A stretch of DNA of 32,000 nucleotides from Neisseriaceae bacterium B1. Its GTDB lineage: Bacteria; Pseudomonadota; Gammaproteobacteria; Burkholderiales; Neisseriaceae. Where the stretch lies: positions 217,536 to 249,535 of the forward strand of contig CP183313.1 of NCBI GenBank assembly GCA_051414845.1, in the 5' to 3' direction. The notes under the pieces were generated by a model, which saw only the letters and a program-made list of their open reading frames with translations, was not told where the DNA came from and ran no database searches. A program made the translations under genes and the position numbers. The first letter of the stretch is position 1. Each line of letters begins with the position of its first letter. Shown in pieces: positions 8,474 to 18,488 of the stretch.

Positions 8474-9049
8474 ATGAATCCCGAATCCTTAATTGAAGCC
8501 GCCTTATTCCTGCAAACCGAGCCATTAAGCGAAAAAGCCATGCGCGAATTGTGTATGCCGCCTTTGTCGCAAGACAAGCTGATTGACGTGCTTGCCAGCC
8601 TGAAAAACCGTTGGCAAGGGCGCGCTTTGCAATTGGTGCATTCTGCCGAAGGTTGGCGTTTTCAAATCGCGCCCGAAGCGTTTGACCGCTTAGGCAGCCT
8701 GAACGAAATGCGCACGCCACGTTATTCGCGCGCCGTGATGGAAACGCTGGCCATCATCGCCTATCAACAGCCTGTTACACGCGGCGATATTGAAGCTATT
8801 CGCGGCGTTGCTGTGTCGCAAAACGTGATGCAAACACTGCAAGAGCGCGGCTGGATTGAAGTGATTGGACAACGCGACAGCATTGGTCGCCCGTCTTTAT
8901 GGGCAACAACCGACGCGTTTTTAAGCGATTTGCAACTGGAAAGTTTGGCGCATTTGCCGCCACTGACGGAATTGGGCGAATTGGTGCTGCCTGAAATCAT
9001 GGCGTTGCCAAGCGAAGATGATGAACAAGTGGAGCAGGGTGGAAATTGA
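8474..9049 (+). CDS. scpB: SMC-Scp complex subunit ScpB (segregation and condensation protein B)
   Basis: 191 aa containing PRYSRAVMETLAIIAYQQPVTRGDIEAIRGV. An internal DUS 12-mer at 8692-8703 is read as LGSLN. Confidence 0.9.
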   Translation: MNPESLIEAALFLQTEPLSEKAMRELCMPPLSQDKLIDVLASLKNRWQGRALQLVHSAEGWRFQIAPEAFDRLGSLNEMRTPRYSRAVMETLAIIAYQQPVTRGDIEAIRGVAVSQNVMQTLQERGWIEVIGQRDSIGRPSLWATTDAFLSDLQLESLAHLPPLTELGELVLPEIMALPSEDDEQVEQGGN

Positions 9050-9052
9050 TAT

Positions 9053-9067
9053 TTCAGGCAGCCTGAA
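9053..9067 (+). repeat. DNA uptake sequence 15-mer TTCAGGCAGCCTGAA
   Basis: Exact 15-mer directly after the scpB stop. Confidence 0.8.
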
Positions 9068-9092
9068 AGCTTTGCACCATTTAGAAAAATTG

Positions 9093-9118
9093 GTCGGGTT
9101 CTTTAATCCGACTTTTTG
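9093..9118 (+). terminator. Hairpin plus T-run downstream of scpB
   Basis: GTCGGGTTCTTTAATCCGAC followed by TTTTT. It resembles the REP-like hairpin units. Confidence 0.45.
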
Positions 9119-9166
9119 TTGTTAAGCGTCGAATTTAAGAATTTAAGCAAAAAATTAATGAATATG

Positions 9167-9198
9167 AAAAAGCCCTTTGATTAATCAAAGGGCTTTTA
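9167..9198 (-). terminator. Bidirectional rho-independent terminator 3' of tRNA-Ser
   Basis: AAAAAGCCCTTTGATTAATCAAAGGGCTTTT: an 8-9 bp stem with A/T runs on both sides. Confidence 0.6.
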
Positions 9199-9204
9199 AA
9201 ATCT

Positions 9205-9295
<91 letters not shown>

Positions 9296-9400
9296 GTCTT
9301 GAAGCAGCGAACTATACTGGGTTTTGCGGTTTTTGCCAAGTTTTATTTGCGATTGTTGGTGCTATTTTTGTTAATCATTTGTTTTGTATAAAAACTAATT

Positions 9401-9415
9401 TTCAGGCTGCCTGAA
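9401..9415 (-). repeat. DNA uptake sequence 15-mer (TTCAGGCTGCCTGAA on +)
   Basis: Exact 15-mer in the clpB upstream region. Confidence 0.8.
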
Positions 9416-9498
9416 AAAATCTTGTGTCTTTGCCCTTGTTTTTGTTTCAGGCAGCCTTATATTGTGTGCAACGAAACAATTTCCGAAAGGTAAACTCA

Positions 9499-12078
9499 AT
9501 GAGATACGATAAATTAACAGGTAAATTCCAACAGATTTTGCAAACGGCGCAAAGTTTGGCGTTAAACGCGGATAATGCGTATTTGGAAACGGCGCATGTG
9601 ATGAAGGCGTTGCTGGACGACAATAATAGTGGCGCGGCGGCGTTGCTCGTGAATGCGGGCGGCAATGTGGCGCAGTTGAAGCGTGATGTTCAGGCTGCCT
9701 TAAATGCGTTGCCTAAGGTTTCAGGCGCGGGTGGCGAGTTGAATATTGGCCGCGAGTTGAACAATATTTTTAATTTGACTGACAAGCTGTCGCTCAAAAG
9801 CGGCGATGCGTATATTGCTGGCGAGTGGTTTTGGTTGGCTCTGTTGCAGGAAAAGGGCAGCAGCGCGAAATTATTGAAGGATGTGGGCGTTACCGAACAG
9901 CAGTTGGTAGCGGCGATTGAACAAATGCGTGGAGGCGAAACAGTGGATAATCCGAATGCAGAAGACCAACGCGAGGCGTTGAAAAAATATACTTTGGACT
10001 TAACGGAACGGGCGCGCGAGGGCAAACTTGACCCTGTGATTGGGCGCGATGATGAAATCCGCCGCGCCATTCAGGTATTGCAACGTCGCACGAAAAACAA
10101 TCCTGTGTTAATCGGCGAACCTGGTGTCGGTAAAACGGCGATTGTGGAGGGTTTGGCACAACGCATTGTAAATGGCGAAGTGCCTGAATCCTTGCGTGGT
10201 AAACGTTTGCTGGTGCTGGATTTGGCAGCGTTGATTGCGGGTGCGAAATACCGTGGCGAGTTTGAAGAACGCTTGAAGGCGGTACTGAATGATTTGGCAA
10301 AAGACGATGGCAACACTCTGATTTTTATTGATGAAATTCATACTTTGGTCGGCGCGGGCAAATCGGATGGCGCGATGGACGCGGGTAATATGCTCAAACC
10401 TGCGCTGGCACGTGGCGAATTGCATTGTATTGGTGCGACGACTTTGGACGAATATCGTCAATATATTGAAAAAGATGCGGCGTTGGAGCGTCGTTTCCAA
10501 AAAGTGATTGTTGATGAACCTAGTGTTGAAGCAACTATTGCCATCTTGCGTGGTTTGCAAGAACGTTATCAAAATCATCACGGTGTGGAAATTACTGACC
10601 CTGCGATTGTAGCTGCGGCGGAATTGTCTAATCGCTACATTACCGACCGTTTCTTACCTGATAAGGCTATTGATTTAATTGATGAAGCGGCAAGTAGAAT
10701 CAAAATTGAAAAAGAAACTAAGCCAGAACAGATGGATAAACTTGACCGTCGTCGTATTCAGTTGCAAATGGAACAAATGCATTTGCAAAAAGAAAAAGAT
10801 GAGTCAAGTAAAAAGCGTTTAAGTGTAATTGATGAAGAATTGGCAAATATTAATAAAGAATATGCTGATTTGGAAGAAATTTGGAAGTCTGAAAAAGTTG
10901 TTGCAGAAGGCGGTGTTCAAATCAAGCAACAATTAGAAGAAGTCCAACTTAAAATTGAGAAGGCAAAACGCGAGGGTAATTTAGCATTAGCATCTCAACT
11001 GATGTACGAGGATTTGGATAAGTTAGAAAAACAACTTGCACAGTTAGATAATGTTTCAACTAGCGAAGCCAAAGCCAACAAACTCTTTCGCACCAAAGTC
11101 GGCGCAGATGAAGTTGCCGAAATCGTGTCGCGCATTACGGGCATTCCTGTGTCCAAAATGATGGAAGGCGAACGCGAAAAATTGCTGAAAATGGAAGACG
11201 TGTTGCACAAACGTGTGGTCGGACAAGACGAAGCCGTGCGCGCGGTGGCGGATGCGATTCGCCGCAGCCGTTCGGGTTTGGCTGACCCGAATAAACCGTA
11301 TGGCAGCTTCCTGTTTCTCGGTCCAACAGGTGTCGGCAAAACCGAATTGTGCAAAACGCTGGCAGGCTTCTTGTTTGATAGCGAAGAGCATTTAATCCGT
11401 ATTGATATGTCCGAATACATGGAAAAACACAGCATTGCTCGTTTAATCGGTGCGCCTCCAGGCTATGTCGGCTACGAAGAAGGCGGCTATTTAACCGAGC
11501 AAGTGCGCCGCAAACCGTATAGCGTGATTTTGTTGGACGAAGTAGAAAAAGCGCATCCAGACGTGTTCAACATTTTGTTGCAAGTGTTGGACGATGGGCG
11601 TTTAACCGATGGACAAGGGCGTACGGTGGACTTCAAAAACACCGTAGTCGTAATGACGTCCAACATCGGCAGCCAACACATTCAGGCATTGGGTGCGGAC
11701 GCGGCTTATGAAGACGTGAAAAACGCCGTGATGGGCGATGTGAAAAACTACTTCCGCCCCGAATTGATTAACCGTATTGACGAAGTGGTCGTGTTCCACG
11801 CGCTCGGTCAGGCACACATTCGCAACATCGCCCAAATCCAATTAGGCAGCCTGAAAAAACGCTTGGCAGCACAAGATTTGCACATTCAAATCTCCGATGC
11901 GGCTTTAGACATTATCGCTCAAGCAGGCTTTGACCCCGTGTACGGCGCACGCCCACTCAAACGCGCCATTCAAGCCGAAATTGAAAATCCGCTCGCCCGC
12001 GCATTGTTGGCTGGACAATATGCCGCAGGCAGCACGATTTTGATTAAGGCAGAAGGCGATAAGCTGGTGTTTGCTTGA
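9499..12078 (+). CDS. clpB: ATP-dependent chaperone ClpB
   Basis: [14 protein letters not shown]... with two AAA+ modules ([15 protein letters not shown] and [12 protein letters not shown]) and a coiled-coil middle domain. I place the start at ATG 9499, not at the track's 9424. An internal DUS 12-mer lies at 11844-11855. Confidence 0.97.
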   Translation: MRYDKLTGKFQQILQTAQSLALNADNAYLETAHVMKALLDDNNSGAAALLVNAGGNVAQLKRDVQAALNALPKVSGAGGELNIGRELNNIFNLTDKLSLKSGDAYIAGEWFWLALLQEKGSSAKLLKDVGVTEQQLVAAIEQMRGGETVDNPNAEDQREALKKYTLDLTERAREGKLDPVIGRDDEIRRAIQVLQRRTKNNPVLIGEPGVGKTAIVEGLAQRIVNGEVPESLRGKRLLVLDLAALIAGAKYRGEFEERLKAVLNDLAKDDGNTLIFIDEIHTLVGAGKSDGAMDAGNMLKPALARGELHCIGATTLDEYRQYIEKDAALERRFQKVIVDEPSVEATIAILRGLQERYQNHHGVEITDPAIVAAAELSNRYITDRFLPDKAIDLIDEAASRIKIEKETKPEQMDKLDRRRIQLQMEQMHLQKEKDESSKKRLSVIDEELANINKEYADLEEIWKSEKVVAEGGVQIKQQLEEVQLKIEKAKREGNLALASQLMYEDLDKLEKQLAQLDNVSTSEAKANKLFRTKVGADEVAEIVSRITGIPVSKMMEGEREKLLKMEDVLHKRVVGQDEAVRAVADAIRRSRSGLADPNKPYGSFLFLGPTGVGKTELCKTLAGFLFDSEEHLIRIDMSEYMEKHSIARLIGAPPGYVGYEEGGYLTEQVRRKPYSVILLDEVEKAHPDVFNILLQVLDDGRLTDGQGRTVDFKNTVVVMTSNIGSQHIQALGADAAYEDVKNAVMGDVKNYFRPELINRIDEVVVFHALGQAHIRNIAQIQLGSLKKRLAAQDLHIQISDAALDIIAQAGFDPVYGARPLKRAIQAEIENPLARALLAGQYAAGSTILIKAEGDKLVFA

Positions 12079-12093
12079 TTGAATAAACCAGTT

Positions 12094-12108
12094 TTCAGGC
12101 AGCCTGAA
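12094..12108 (+). repeat. DNA uptake sequence 15-mer TTCAGGCAGCCTGAA
   Basis: Exact 15-mer after the clpB stop. Confidence 0.8.
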
Positions 12109-12110
12109 AA

Positions 12111-12219
12111 CGCAAAATTGGAGCGCGGGCGGCTCGCCCGCATATTTCATTTTATTGAATATTTTATTTTCAAATAGAAATATTTGGAAGCGAGCCGCTC
12201 CCGCTCCAAGTTTTGCAAA
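12111..12219 (-). repeat. ~110-bp MITE-like element, copy A
   Basis: cgcaaaattggagcgcgggcggctcgcc...ggaagcgagccgctcccgctccaagttttgcaaa. The termini are inverted repeats of each other, and the reverse complement aligns with copy B over its whole length. Confidence 0.6.
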
Positions 12220-12240
12220 GGTTTCAGCCTGAAAAAAATC

Positions 12241-12276
12241 AAACCGCTCAACAGAAATAGTTGGGCGGTTTTTTAT
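12241..12276 (+). terminator. Hairpin plus T-run (clpB-side terminator candidate)
   Basis: AAACCGCTCaacagaaatagttGGGCGGTTTTTT. Confidence 0.45.
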
Positions 12277-12417
12277 GATTTCATGGCTTTTCAGGCAGCC
12301 TAAAAATTAAAAATACCGCCAATAAAGTTAACCAACCTAAACAAAACGAGTGATATTATGTAATTTTATGGAGTTGTTATATTGATTTAATTAATTGAAT
12401 TCAATTGAAATTTATCG

Positions 12418-12432
12418 TTCAGGCAGCCTGAA
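12418..12432 (+). repeat. DNA uptake sequence 15-mer TTCAGGCAGCCTGAA
   Basis: Exact 15-mer upstream of mqo. Confidence 0.8.
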
Positions 12433-12549
12433 AGTAGAAAAAAGCTTCCCTAGCTAACACTTTTTTACAGTATCAGTTATAATGAACAAGACGTTCGCAG
12501 ATTACAATCTGTTACAGACAAATCCCACATAACGATTAGAGGAAAACGT

Positions 12550-14052
12550 ATGGACGCGCAACACACAACCACCGCAACACATTCGGACATCATCTTAATC
12601 GGCGCAGGCGTCATGAGCGCGACGCTAGGCACCATGCTCAAAGAACTCTCTCCACAAAGCAGCATTCGCATTTTTGAAACCCTATCAGGACCCGCCGAAG
12701 AAAGTTCCAATGAATGGAACAACGCAGGCACGGGGCATGCTGCCTTATGCGAACTCAACTACACGCCAGAAAATCCAGACGGCAGCGTAGAAATCAACCG
12801 CGCAGTGGCGATTAATGAAAAATTTAAATTATCTTTGCAATTTTGGTCGTATTTAGTCAATCAAGGCAAAATCAGTGCGCCAGAGGAATTTATTACCCAA
12901 CTGCCGCACATCAGCTTTGTACAAGGCGAAAAAGATGTGCAATTCTTGCGCAATCGCTATGCAGCGCTAGCCGACCATCCCTTGTTTTACAACATGGAAT
13001 ACAGCGAAGCCCCCGAAGTTTTGGCGCAATGGATGCCATTGATGATGCAACAACGCGATACAACGCAACCCATTGCCGCCACCAAAATCGATACAGGCAC
13101 CGACATCAACTTCGGCGCGCTCACACGTAAACTCATCGCTCATTTAAACCAACAAGAAAACGTCAGCACCCATTACAATCATTGCGTTAAAGACATCAAA
13201 CGTAATGCGCAAAACCATTGGCAATTAGACATTTTAGACAAAGCCACAGGGCAACATTATCACTATACCGCCAAATTTGTCTTTATCGGCGGCGGCGGCG
13301 GCAGCCTGAAACTGTTGCACAAAACAGGCATTCCCGAAAGCCAACACATCGGTGGCGTGCCAGTGAGCGGCTTATTTATGGTGTGTCAAAATCCAGAAGT
13401 AGTTAGCCAACACTTTGCCAAAGTTTATGGACGTGCCGCACTCGGTGCGCCACCAATGTCTGTGCCACACTTAGACACGCGTTTCATCGAAGGTAAACAA
13501 ACGCTCTTGTTTGGACCTTTTGCAGGCTTTACCTCCAAATTTCTCAAACATGGCTCCGTGTGGGATTTGCCAGCGTCGGTTCATGCAGATAATTTAACCA
13601 CCGTAATTGCCGCAGGCAGTAAGAATTTAGACTTAACTAAGTATTTGATTCAACAAGTATTATTAAACAAAGAGGAGCGCATGAAAGAATTGCGCCAATT
13701 CGTACCCAATGCCAAAAGCGAAGATTGGCACTTGCTCGAAGCAGGGCAACGTGTACAAATCATCAAAGACACACCCAAAGAAAAAGGCGTATTGCGCTTC
13801 GGTACCGAAGTAGTGCATGCCAGCGATGGCTCCATTGCCGCACTTTTAGGTGCGTCGCCAGGTGCATCGATTTCCGTGCAAGCGATGTTGGAAGTGATTG
13901 AGCAATGCTTCCCCGAAAAACTTGCCGAGTGGGACGAAAAATTGCACGAGATGATTCCATCATTAGGCAAAAAATTAGCCGACCACCCCGATTTGATTAA
14001 CCACATTCAAACCGAAGTGCGCGATTCATTGGGTTTAAAACCCAAATCATAA
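12550..14052 (+). CDS. mqo: Malate:quinone oxidoreductase
   Basis: 500 aa with the N-terminal FAD fold [21 protein letters not shown] and Mqo-like length and sequence throughout. Confidence 0.93.
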   Translation: MDAQHTTTATHSDIILIGAGVMSATLGTMLKELSPQSSIRIFETLSGPAEESSNEWNNAGTGHAALCELNYTPENPDGSVEINRAVAINEKFKLSLQFWSYLVNQGKISAPEEFITQLPHISFVQGEKDVQFLRNRYAALADHPLFYNMEYSEAPEVLAQWMPLMMQQRDTTQPIAATKIDTGTDINFGALTRKLIAHLNQQENVSTHYNHCVKDIKRNAQNHWQLDILDKATGQHYHYTAKFVFIGGGGGSLKLLHKTGIPESQHIGGVPVSGLFMVCQNPEVVSQHFAKVYGRAALGAPPMSVPHLDTRFIEGKQTLLFGPFAGFTSKFLKHGSVWDLPASVHADNLTTVIAAGSKNLDLTKYLIQQVLLNKEERMKELRQFVPNAKSEDWHLLEAGQRVQIIKDTPKEKGVLRFGTEVVHASDGSIAALLGASPGASISVQAMLEVIEQCFPEKLAEWDEKLHEMIPSLGKKLADHPDLINHIQTEVRDSLGLKPKS

Positions 14053-14054
14053 TT

Positions 14055-14069
14055 TTCAGGCAGCCTGAA
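14055..14069 (+). repeat. DNA uptake sequence 15-mer TTCAGGCAGCCTGAA
   Basis: Exact 15-mer directly after the mqo stop. Confidence 0.8.
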
Positions 14070-14082
14070 AAAACAAAACTAA

Positions 14083-14107
14083 GTAGGGACAGGGTTTATC
14101 CCTGTCC
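14083..14107. repeat. Single GTAGG-hairpin REP-like unit
   Basis: GTAGGGACAGGGTTTATCCCTGTCC. Confidence 0.4.
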
Positions 14108-14140
14108 TTTTCTTTGTAACATTTCAGGGAGTCTGAAACC

Positions 14141-14252
14141 TTTGCAAAACTTGTAGCGGGGGCGGCTCGCTTCCAAATATTTCTACTTCAAAAAGTAAAA
14201 TATTCAATGAAATCAATTGTGAGGGCGAGCTGACCGCGCTCCAGAGTTTGCG
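14141..14252 (+). repeat. ~110-bp MITE-like element, copy B (inverted relative to copy A)
   Basis: tttgcaaaacttgtagcgggggcggctcgcttccaaatatttcta...gagggcgagctgaccgcgctccagagtttgcg. By eye it is roughly 80-85 percent identical to the reverse complement of 12111-12219. Confidence 0.6.
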
Positions 14253-14296
14253 TTTCAGGCAGCCTAAATAGTTTTTGCAAACGTTTCAGCCTTTTT

Positions 14297-14387
14297 GCGT
14301 AGGATGGGTTTTACCCACCATTTTTCATCACATCAATATTGTGAGTTAAAATATAGGTACTTCGGTGAGCACAGCCCACCTTACGCA
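14297..14387. repeat. REP-like element: inverted pair of GTAGG-hairpin units
   Basis: GCGTAGGATGGGTTTTACCCACC (14297-14319) and GGTGAGCACAGCCCACCTTACGC (14365-14387). Confidence 0.5.
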
Positions 14388-14409
14388 GATTCGAGTAATT
14401 CAAACACTT

Positions 14410-14424
14410 TTCAGGCTGCCTGAA
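14410..14424 (-). repeat. DNA uptake sequence 15-mer (TTCAGGCTGCCTGAA on +)
   Basis: Exact 15-mer in the argH leader. Confidence 0.8.
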
Positions 14425-14446
14425 AGATTTTTTCAAAGGAAAAACA

Positions 14447-15823
14447 ATGACAAACAAAACATGGTCAGGACGTTTTAACGAACCCGTTTCCGAACTCGTA
14501 AAACAATACACAGGCTCAATTGATTTTGACAAACGGCTAGCGCAATGGGACATTCAAGGCTCGCTGGCACACGCACAAATGTTGCACGAAGCGGGCGTAT
14601 TGTCTGCACAAGATTTGGCGGACATTCAGCGCGGTATGGCGGAAATTCAGGCAGATATTGATTCAGGCAGCCTGCAATGGTCGCTGGATTTGGAAGACGT
14701 GCACATGAATATTGAACGCCGCTTGACCGACAAAATTGGCGACGCAGGCAAGCGTTTGCACACAGGGCGCAGCCGCAACGACCAAGTGGCAACCGATATT
14801 CGCCTGTGGTTGCGCGATGAAATTACAGTAATTCGCCAATTAATCAAAAGTTTGCAAACTTCGCTGGTGGAGTTGGCAGAACAAAATGCGGAAACGGTGA
14901 TGCCTGGTTTTACGCATTTGCAAGTAGCGCAACCTGTGAGTTTCGGGCATCACATGTTGGCATATGTAGAAATGCTGGGACGCGACGATGAACGTATGGC
15001 GGATTGCCGTAAACGCGTCAACCGTATGCCATTGGGGGCGGCAGCATTGGCGGGTACAACTTACCCAATTAAACGCGAAACGACATCACAACTGCTTGGT
15101 TTTGAACAAATTTGTCAAAATTCTTTGGACGCAGTTTCCGACCGCGATTTTGCGATTGAGTTCACCGCTGCCGCCAGTTTGCTGATGGTGCATTTGAGCC
15201 GTTTGAGCGAAGAATTGATTATTTGGATGTCGCCGCGTTTCGGTTTTATTGATATTGCCGACCGTTTTTGCACGGGTTCAAGCATCATGCCGCAGAAGAA
15301 AAATCCCGATGTACCCGAATTGGTGCGCGGCAAATCTGGGCGCGTGATTGGGCATCTTACTGGATTGATTATGTTGATGAAATCGCAACCGCTTGCGTAT
15401 AACAAAGACAATCAGGAAGACAAAGAACCTTTGTTTGACACGGTGGACACGGTGATTGACACGCTGCGAATTTACGCCGACATGATGCGCGGTGTAACCG
15501 TGAAACCTGAAAATATGCGCGCCGCAGTGATGCAAGGTTTTGCTACGGCGACGGATTTGGCGGATTACTTGGTGAAAAAAGGTTTGCCATTTCGCGATTC
15601 GCATGAAGTGGTGGCGTTGGCGGTGCGTCATGCGGATTCGCAAAAATGTGACTTGAGCGAATTGCCTTTGGACGTGTTGCAAGGGTTTAGCAAGTTGATT
15701 GAAAACGATGTTTACGAAGTGCTGACCCCAGAAGGCAGCCTGAATGCGCGTAACCACATCGGCGGCACTGCGCCCGAGCAAGTGCGTTATCAAGTGGCGC
15801 GTTGGAAAAAATTGTTGGCTTAA
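14447..15823 (+). CDS. argH: Argininosuccinate lyase
   Basis: 458 aa containing WSGRF..., the fumarate-lyase signature [12 protein letters not shown] and [10 protein letters not shown]. An internal DUS 12-mer at 15733-15744 is read as EGSLN. Confidence 0.97.
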   Translation: MTNKTWSGRFNEPVSELVKQYTGSIDFDKRLAQWDIQGSLAHAQMLHEAGVLSAQDLADIQRGMAEIQADIDSGSLQWSLDLEDVHMNIERRLTDKIGDAGKRLHTGRSRNDQVATDIRLWLRDEITVIRQLIKSLQTSLVELAEQNAETVMPGFTHLQVAQPVSFGHHMLAYVEMLGRDDERMADCRKRVNRMPLGAAALAGTTYPIKRETTSQLLGFEQICQNSLDAVSDRDFAIEFTAAASLLMVHLSRLSEELIIWMSPRFGFIDIADRFCTGSSIMPQKKNPDVPELVRGKSGRVIGHLTGLIMLMKSQPLAYNKDNQEDKEPLFDTVDTVIDTLRIYADMMRGVTVKPENMRAAVMQGFATATDLADYLVKKGLPFRDSHEVVALAVRHADSQKCDLSELPLDVLQGFSKLIENDVYEVLTPEGSLNARNHIGGTAPEQVRYQVARWKKLLA

Positions 15824-15991
15824 TAATTTGACTAAAAAGATACTGTATTTCGTGTCAATTGAAATTATTAAAATAACTTGATTTAAATCAAATATTCTTA
15901 ACTTTTCTTGCTCTTTACGCGCGTTTAGCAGCGCACCACATTTTTGGTGTGTGCGTTGTTCTTACAGTTGCACCTTATTCAGGCAGTCTTT

Positions 15992-17008
15992 TCAGGCTGC
16001 CTGATTTTCTTTTGTGGGTTGCTCATGCAAGCTAGGATTGAACAAAGTGTCGTTTTTAATGCAGTGATACGCGTATTTCACCAGCTTAACCATCATCATC
16101 ACATACACTTTTTTCGGCGGTTTGCTTTGCACTTGTTTATCAAACCACGAGCGCCAGAGTTTGCTACGCGTACAGGCAACACGAGCGGGAATGTAGAGCG
16201 ATTTTCTTACGCTTCTATCGCCCATTTTGGACAGTTTAGCTTGCCCTTTGTATTTTCCTGATTGCCGTATTACAGGCGATAAACCAAGCCAACTAATTAA
16301 GTGTTTTGCCGTTGTGAATTTATCAATATCAATAAGCACAGCAAGCAGGATTTGTGAAGTTGTTTCGCCTAAGCCCGTTATGCTTTTTAAGATTTGTTGT
16401 TTGCGCTTTAAGTCGGCATTTTTGTCTATCAATCGTTGCATACGTTTTCGGCATTCCTCAAGTTGAATTTGCAAGGTATTTATAATCTTCTCAATCATTG
16501 TTTTGCTGTAGCCATCGGCAACGTACAGGCGATTCTTTTCCATGGTAAGCATGTTGTTCAGTTGTTCGCAACGTCGGTGCAGACTCTTTAATTCGGCTTT
16601 GCATTCACTTTCAGGCTGCCATAGTTCGGGCGTTTCGGCTTTTGCATATTGGGCAATGAGTTTGGCGTCTTGTTTGTCGGTTTTGATGCGTTTTAAGTGG
16701 TATTGGGCATAGTGTTTGATGATGCTGGGATTGATGACGCTGATGGCGATTTGATGGCGGTACAAATATTGGGCAATGGCGATGTAATAGACGTTGGTGG
16801 CTTCGCAGCAGACATGCAGAGATTGGGTGTCTATTTTCAGGCTGCATAACCATTCTAGAAGCTGCATAAAGCCGTTTTCGTCGTTGCTGATAATGATGTG
16901 CTTGTATTTGCTTTGAATGTGTATGCAGCAGTCTATTTTTTCTTTAGAAATGTCTAAGCCCAGCCAGTAGAGAATGCCGCTTTTTAAGTCGCTTTGTGCC
17001 ATGTTCAT
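15992..17008 (-). CDS. IS110/Piv-family (DEDD) recombinase/transposase, the terminal gene of the prophage
   Basis: YWLGLDISKEKIDCCI (N-terminal DEDD-type motif), KTDKQDAKLIAQYA, and ITGLGETTSQILLA...LISWLGLSPVIRQSGK (C-terminal IS110 domain). I place the start at ATG 17008 (TAAGG RBS), not 17059. The stop codon lies inside a DUS-like CAGGCAGCCTGA. Confidence 0.9.
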   Translation of the reverse strand: MNMAQSDLKSGILYWLGLDISKEKIDCCIHIQSKYKHIIISNDENGFMQLLEWLCSLKIDTQSLHVCCEATNVYYIAIAQYLYRHQIAISVINPSIIKHYAQYHLKRIKTDKQDAKLIAQYAKAETPELWQPESECKAELKSLHRRCEQLNNMLTMEKNRLYVADGYSKTMIEKIINTLQIQLEECRKRMQRLIDKNADLKRKQQILKSITGLGETTSQILLAVLIDIDKFTTAKHLISWLGLSPVIRQSGKYKGQAKLSKMGDRSVRKSLYIPARVACTRSKLWRSWFDKQVQSKPPKKVYVMMMVKLVKYAYHCIKNDTLFNPSLHEQPTKENQAA

Positions 17009-17140
17009 AAACCTTATGAATGCGGGCTTTTTTGCCCAAGATACTGTGATATTTATCAAAAATAGGAAACCGCACGCATCAATCTTTCTCTATTCATTTT
17101 CATAAAAGGCAGCTTATTACGATGTCGTGTGGTTTTGATT

Positions 17141-18325
17141 TTACTGAATATTCGCCAAGTTTTGCGCATTGCCTTCGTTGAGCGATGGGCGGGTTTCGCC
17201 ATTGAGTTGCGCAACATAAGCTTGATCATGCATAGGCTCGGTTTCAGTCGTTTGCGTTTGCTGTGGCTGTGTTTCCTGCTCGGGTGATTTGTAGGGATTG
17301 AACGGCATGCCATCTTCTAAATAGCTTTCGCACAATTCTTGCGAAATTTCCTTGATTTTTGTGAATTGGTTGGTGTAACAAGTGCATTTTTTGTCGACGC
17401 CAATAACGCACGCTTCAGGCCATTCCATGGTTTTAACTTGCCGTTGTCCATCGTACAGCGGTTTGGTTTCGGGACGTTCAGCCAATCGGGCAATAAAGTC
17501 TTCGGGTTTTGCGCCCAAGGTGTTTTGCATTTGATTTTGGGGTAAAGCTCCAGTTAGGCTTTGTGTCGCATTGCTGCCATTTAAAGTAGCAGGTGCGCTG
17601 GCAGTTGTGGTTTCAGTCGCGGTTTCTTCAGTTTTGCCGATGTTTTTGAGCAGACTGTAACTGAAATAAATCATAATAGGCATGAGAATAAAGACGACAG
17701 GCAGCACAAATACCCATTTTGTTACCTTGGTTTTGTTTTCTGTATGAATTTCCGCGGATTTGTACAAATCAAAGACTTTGTCATCCAGTTTATGAATTTT
17801 GGCAAAGGCATCTTTTGCTTGCGTGAGCGGATTGTTGGCGCAGTATTTCCATTCCAGTAGGGTACGCATACCGAGTTTGTTTTTGGCGATGTGCAGATGT
17901 TTATTGACCAGTCCACGCAGGTTGATGTCGATGTTTTTCGGGTTTTGGGTAAGAACGAATATATCAACGCCCAAGTGTCGGTGCGTATTGAGCCATGATA
18001 CATTGGGCGGAACTTGTGAACCGTTGGAACGAGCGGGCCATACGTCTTGAACTTCGTCAATAATCACAACTGAGCCATGGTTTTCAGGTTTTTTGATCCA
18101 TGTATGCATGTCGTGAAAGGAAAGTTGCTCGTCGGTGCTATGCGCTAACTCTTCTTTCAGGCTGCTGACGGCGATGTGAGGCAGCTCCAAACCTTTAATA
18201 TTCGTGAAGACTTTGCGCAGTTCGCCGTCAGGTGTCTTAAATATCGGGTCGTGCAACATCATGTGTACCATGTGTGCGGTTTTGCCAGCTCCGGGCGTGC
18301 CGGTAATGAGGACGATTTCTGCCAT
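17141..18325 (-). CDS. Zonular occludens toxin (Zot)-like / pI-type filamentous phage assembly ATPase
   Basis: MAEIVLITGTPGAGKTAHMV (Walker A), VVIIDEVQ (Walker B), a central TM segment (WVFVLPVVFILMPIMIYFSYSLL), and an AAGGAG RBS. Confidence 0.88.
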   Translation of the reverse strand: MAEIVLITGTPGAGKTAHMVHMMLHDPIFKTPDGELRKVFTNIKGLELPHIAVSSLKEELAHSTDEQLSFHDMHTWIKKPENHGSVVIIDEVQDVWPARSNGSQVPPNVSWLNTHRHLGVDIFVLTQNPKNIDINLRGLVNKHLHIAKNKLGMRTLLEWKYCANNPLTQAKDAFAKIHKLDDKVFDLYKSAEIHTENKTKVTKWVFVLPVVFILMPIMIYFSYSLLKNIGKTEETATETTTASAPATLNGSNATQSLTGALPQNQMQNTLGAKPEDFIARLAERPETKPLYDGQRQVKTMEWPEACVIGVDKKCTCYTNQFTKIKEISQELCESYLEDGMPFNPYKSPEQETQPQQTQTTETEPMHDQAYVAQLNGETRPSLNEGNAQNLANIQ

Positions 18326-18425
18326 GTCTGCTCCTTGCGAAATAGCGATTAAGTGGTGTGTGTTTTGCGCTAGAAATTAGATTTGTGGAATGTTTTAGGT
18401 TGGGTTAGCTGTGTGTTCCGAGACC

Positions 18426-18480
18426 GCCTAAATGTTTAAATATTTAAATCTTGGGGATTTAAATATTTAAACATTTAGGC
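18426..18480. repeat. Perfect hairpin: 25-bp arms with a 5-nt loop
   Basis: GCCTAAATGTTTAAATATTTAAATC-ttggg-GATTTAAATATTTAAACATTTAGGC, between the pVI-like stop (18489) and the zot start (18325). There is no flanking U-run on the minus strand. Confidence 0.85.
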
Positions 18481-18488
18481 TACCTGAG

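Noticed and set aside
9296-9330. Possible sigma-32 heat-shock promoter for clpB (CTTGAA at 9298-9303)
   Set aside because: There is no CCCCAT-like -10 at the right spacing, and the CTTGAA overlaps the 5' flank of the tRNA-Ser gene. The evidence is insufficient.
9424-9498. N-terminal extension of clpB (track start 9424)
   Set aside because: The extension crosses a DUS-like sequence. The canonical ClpB N-terminus MRYDKLT starts at 9499.
12455-12490. mqo promoter (TATAAT at about 12477-12482)
   Set aside because: A good -10 hexamer exists, but no convincing -35 lies at 16-18 bp spacing, so I do not list it as a feature.
13288-13302. GGC x5 trinucleotide repeat inside mqo as a possible phase-variation tract
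   Set aside because: It is an in-frame trinucleotide repeat encoding GGGGG, so length changes would not shift the frame. It is short and lies in a housekeeping gene.
17056-17313. 85-aa minus-strand ORF overlapping the 3' end of the zot-like gene and the recombinase leader
   Set aside because: It is an alternative frame of the zot-like gene, with a basic low-complexity translation and no RBS.
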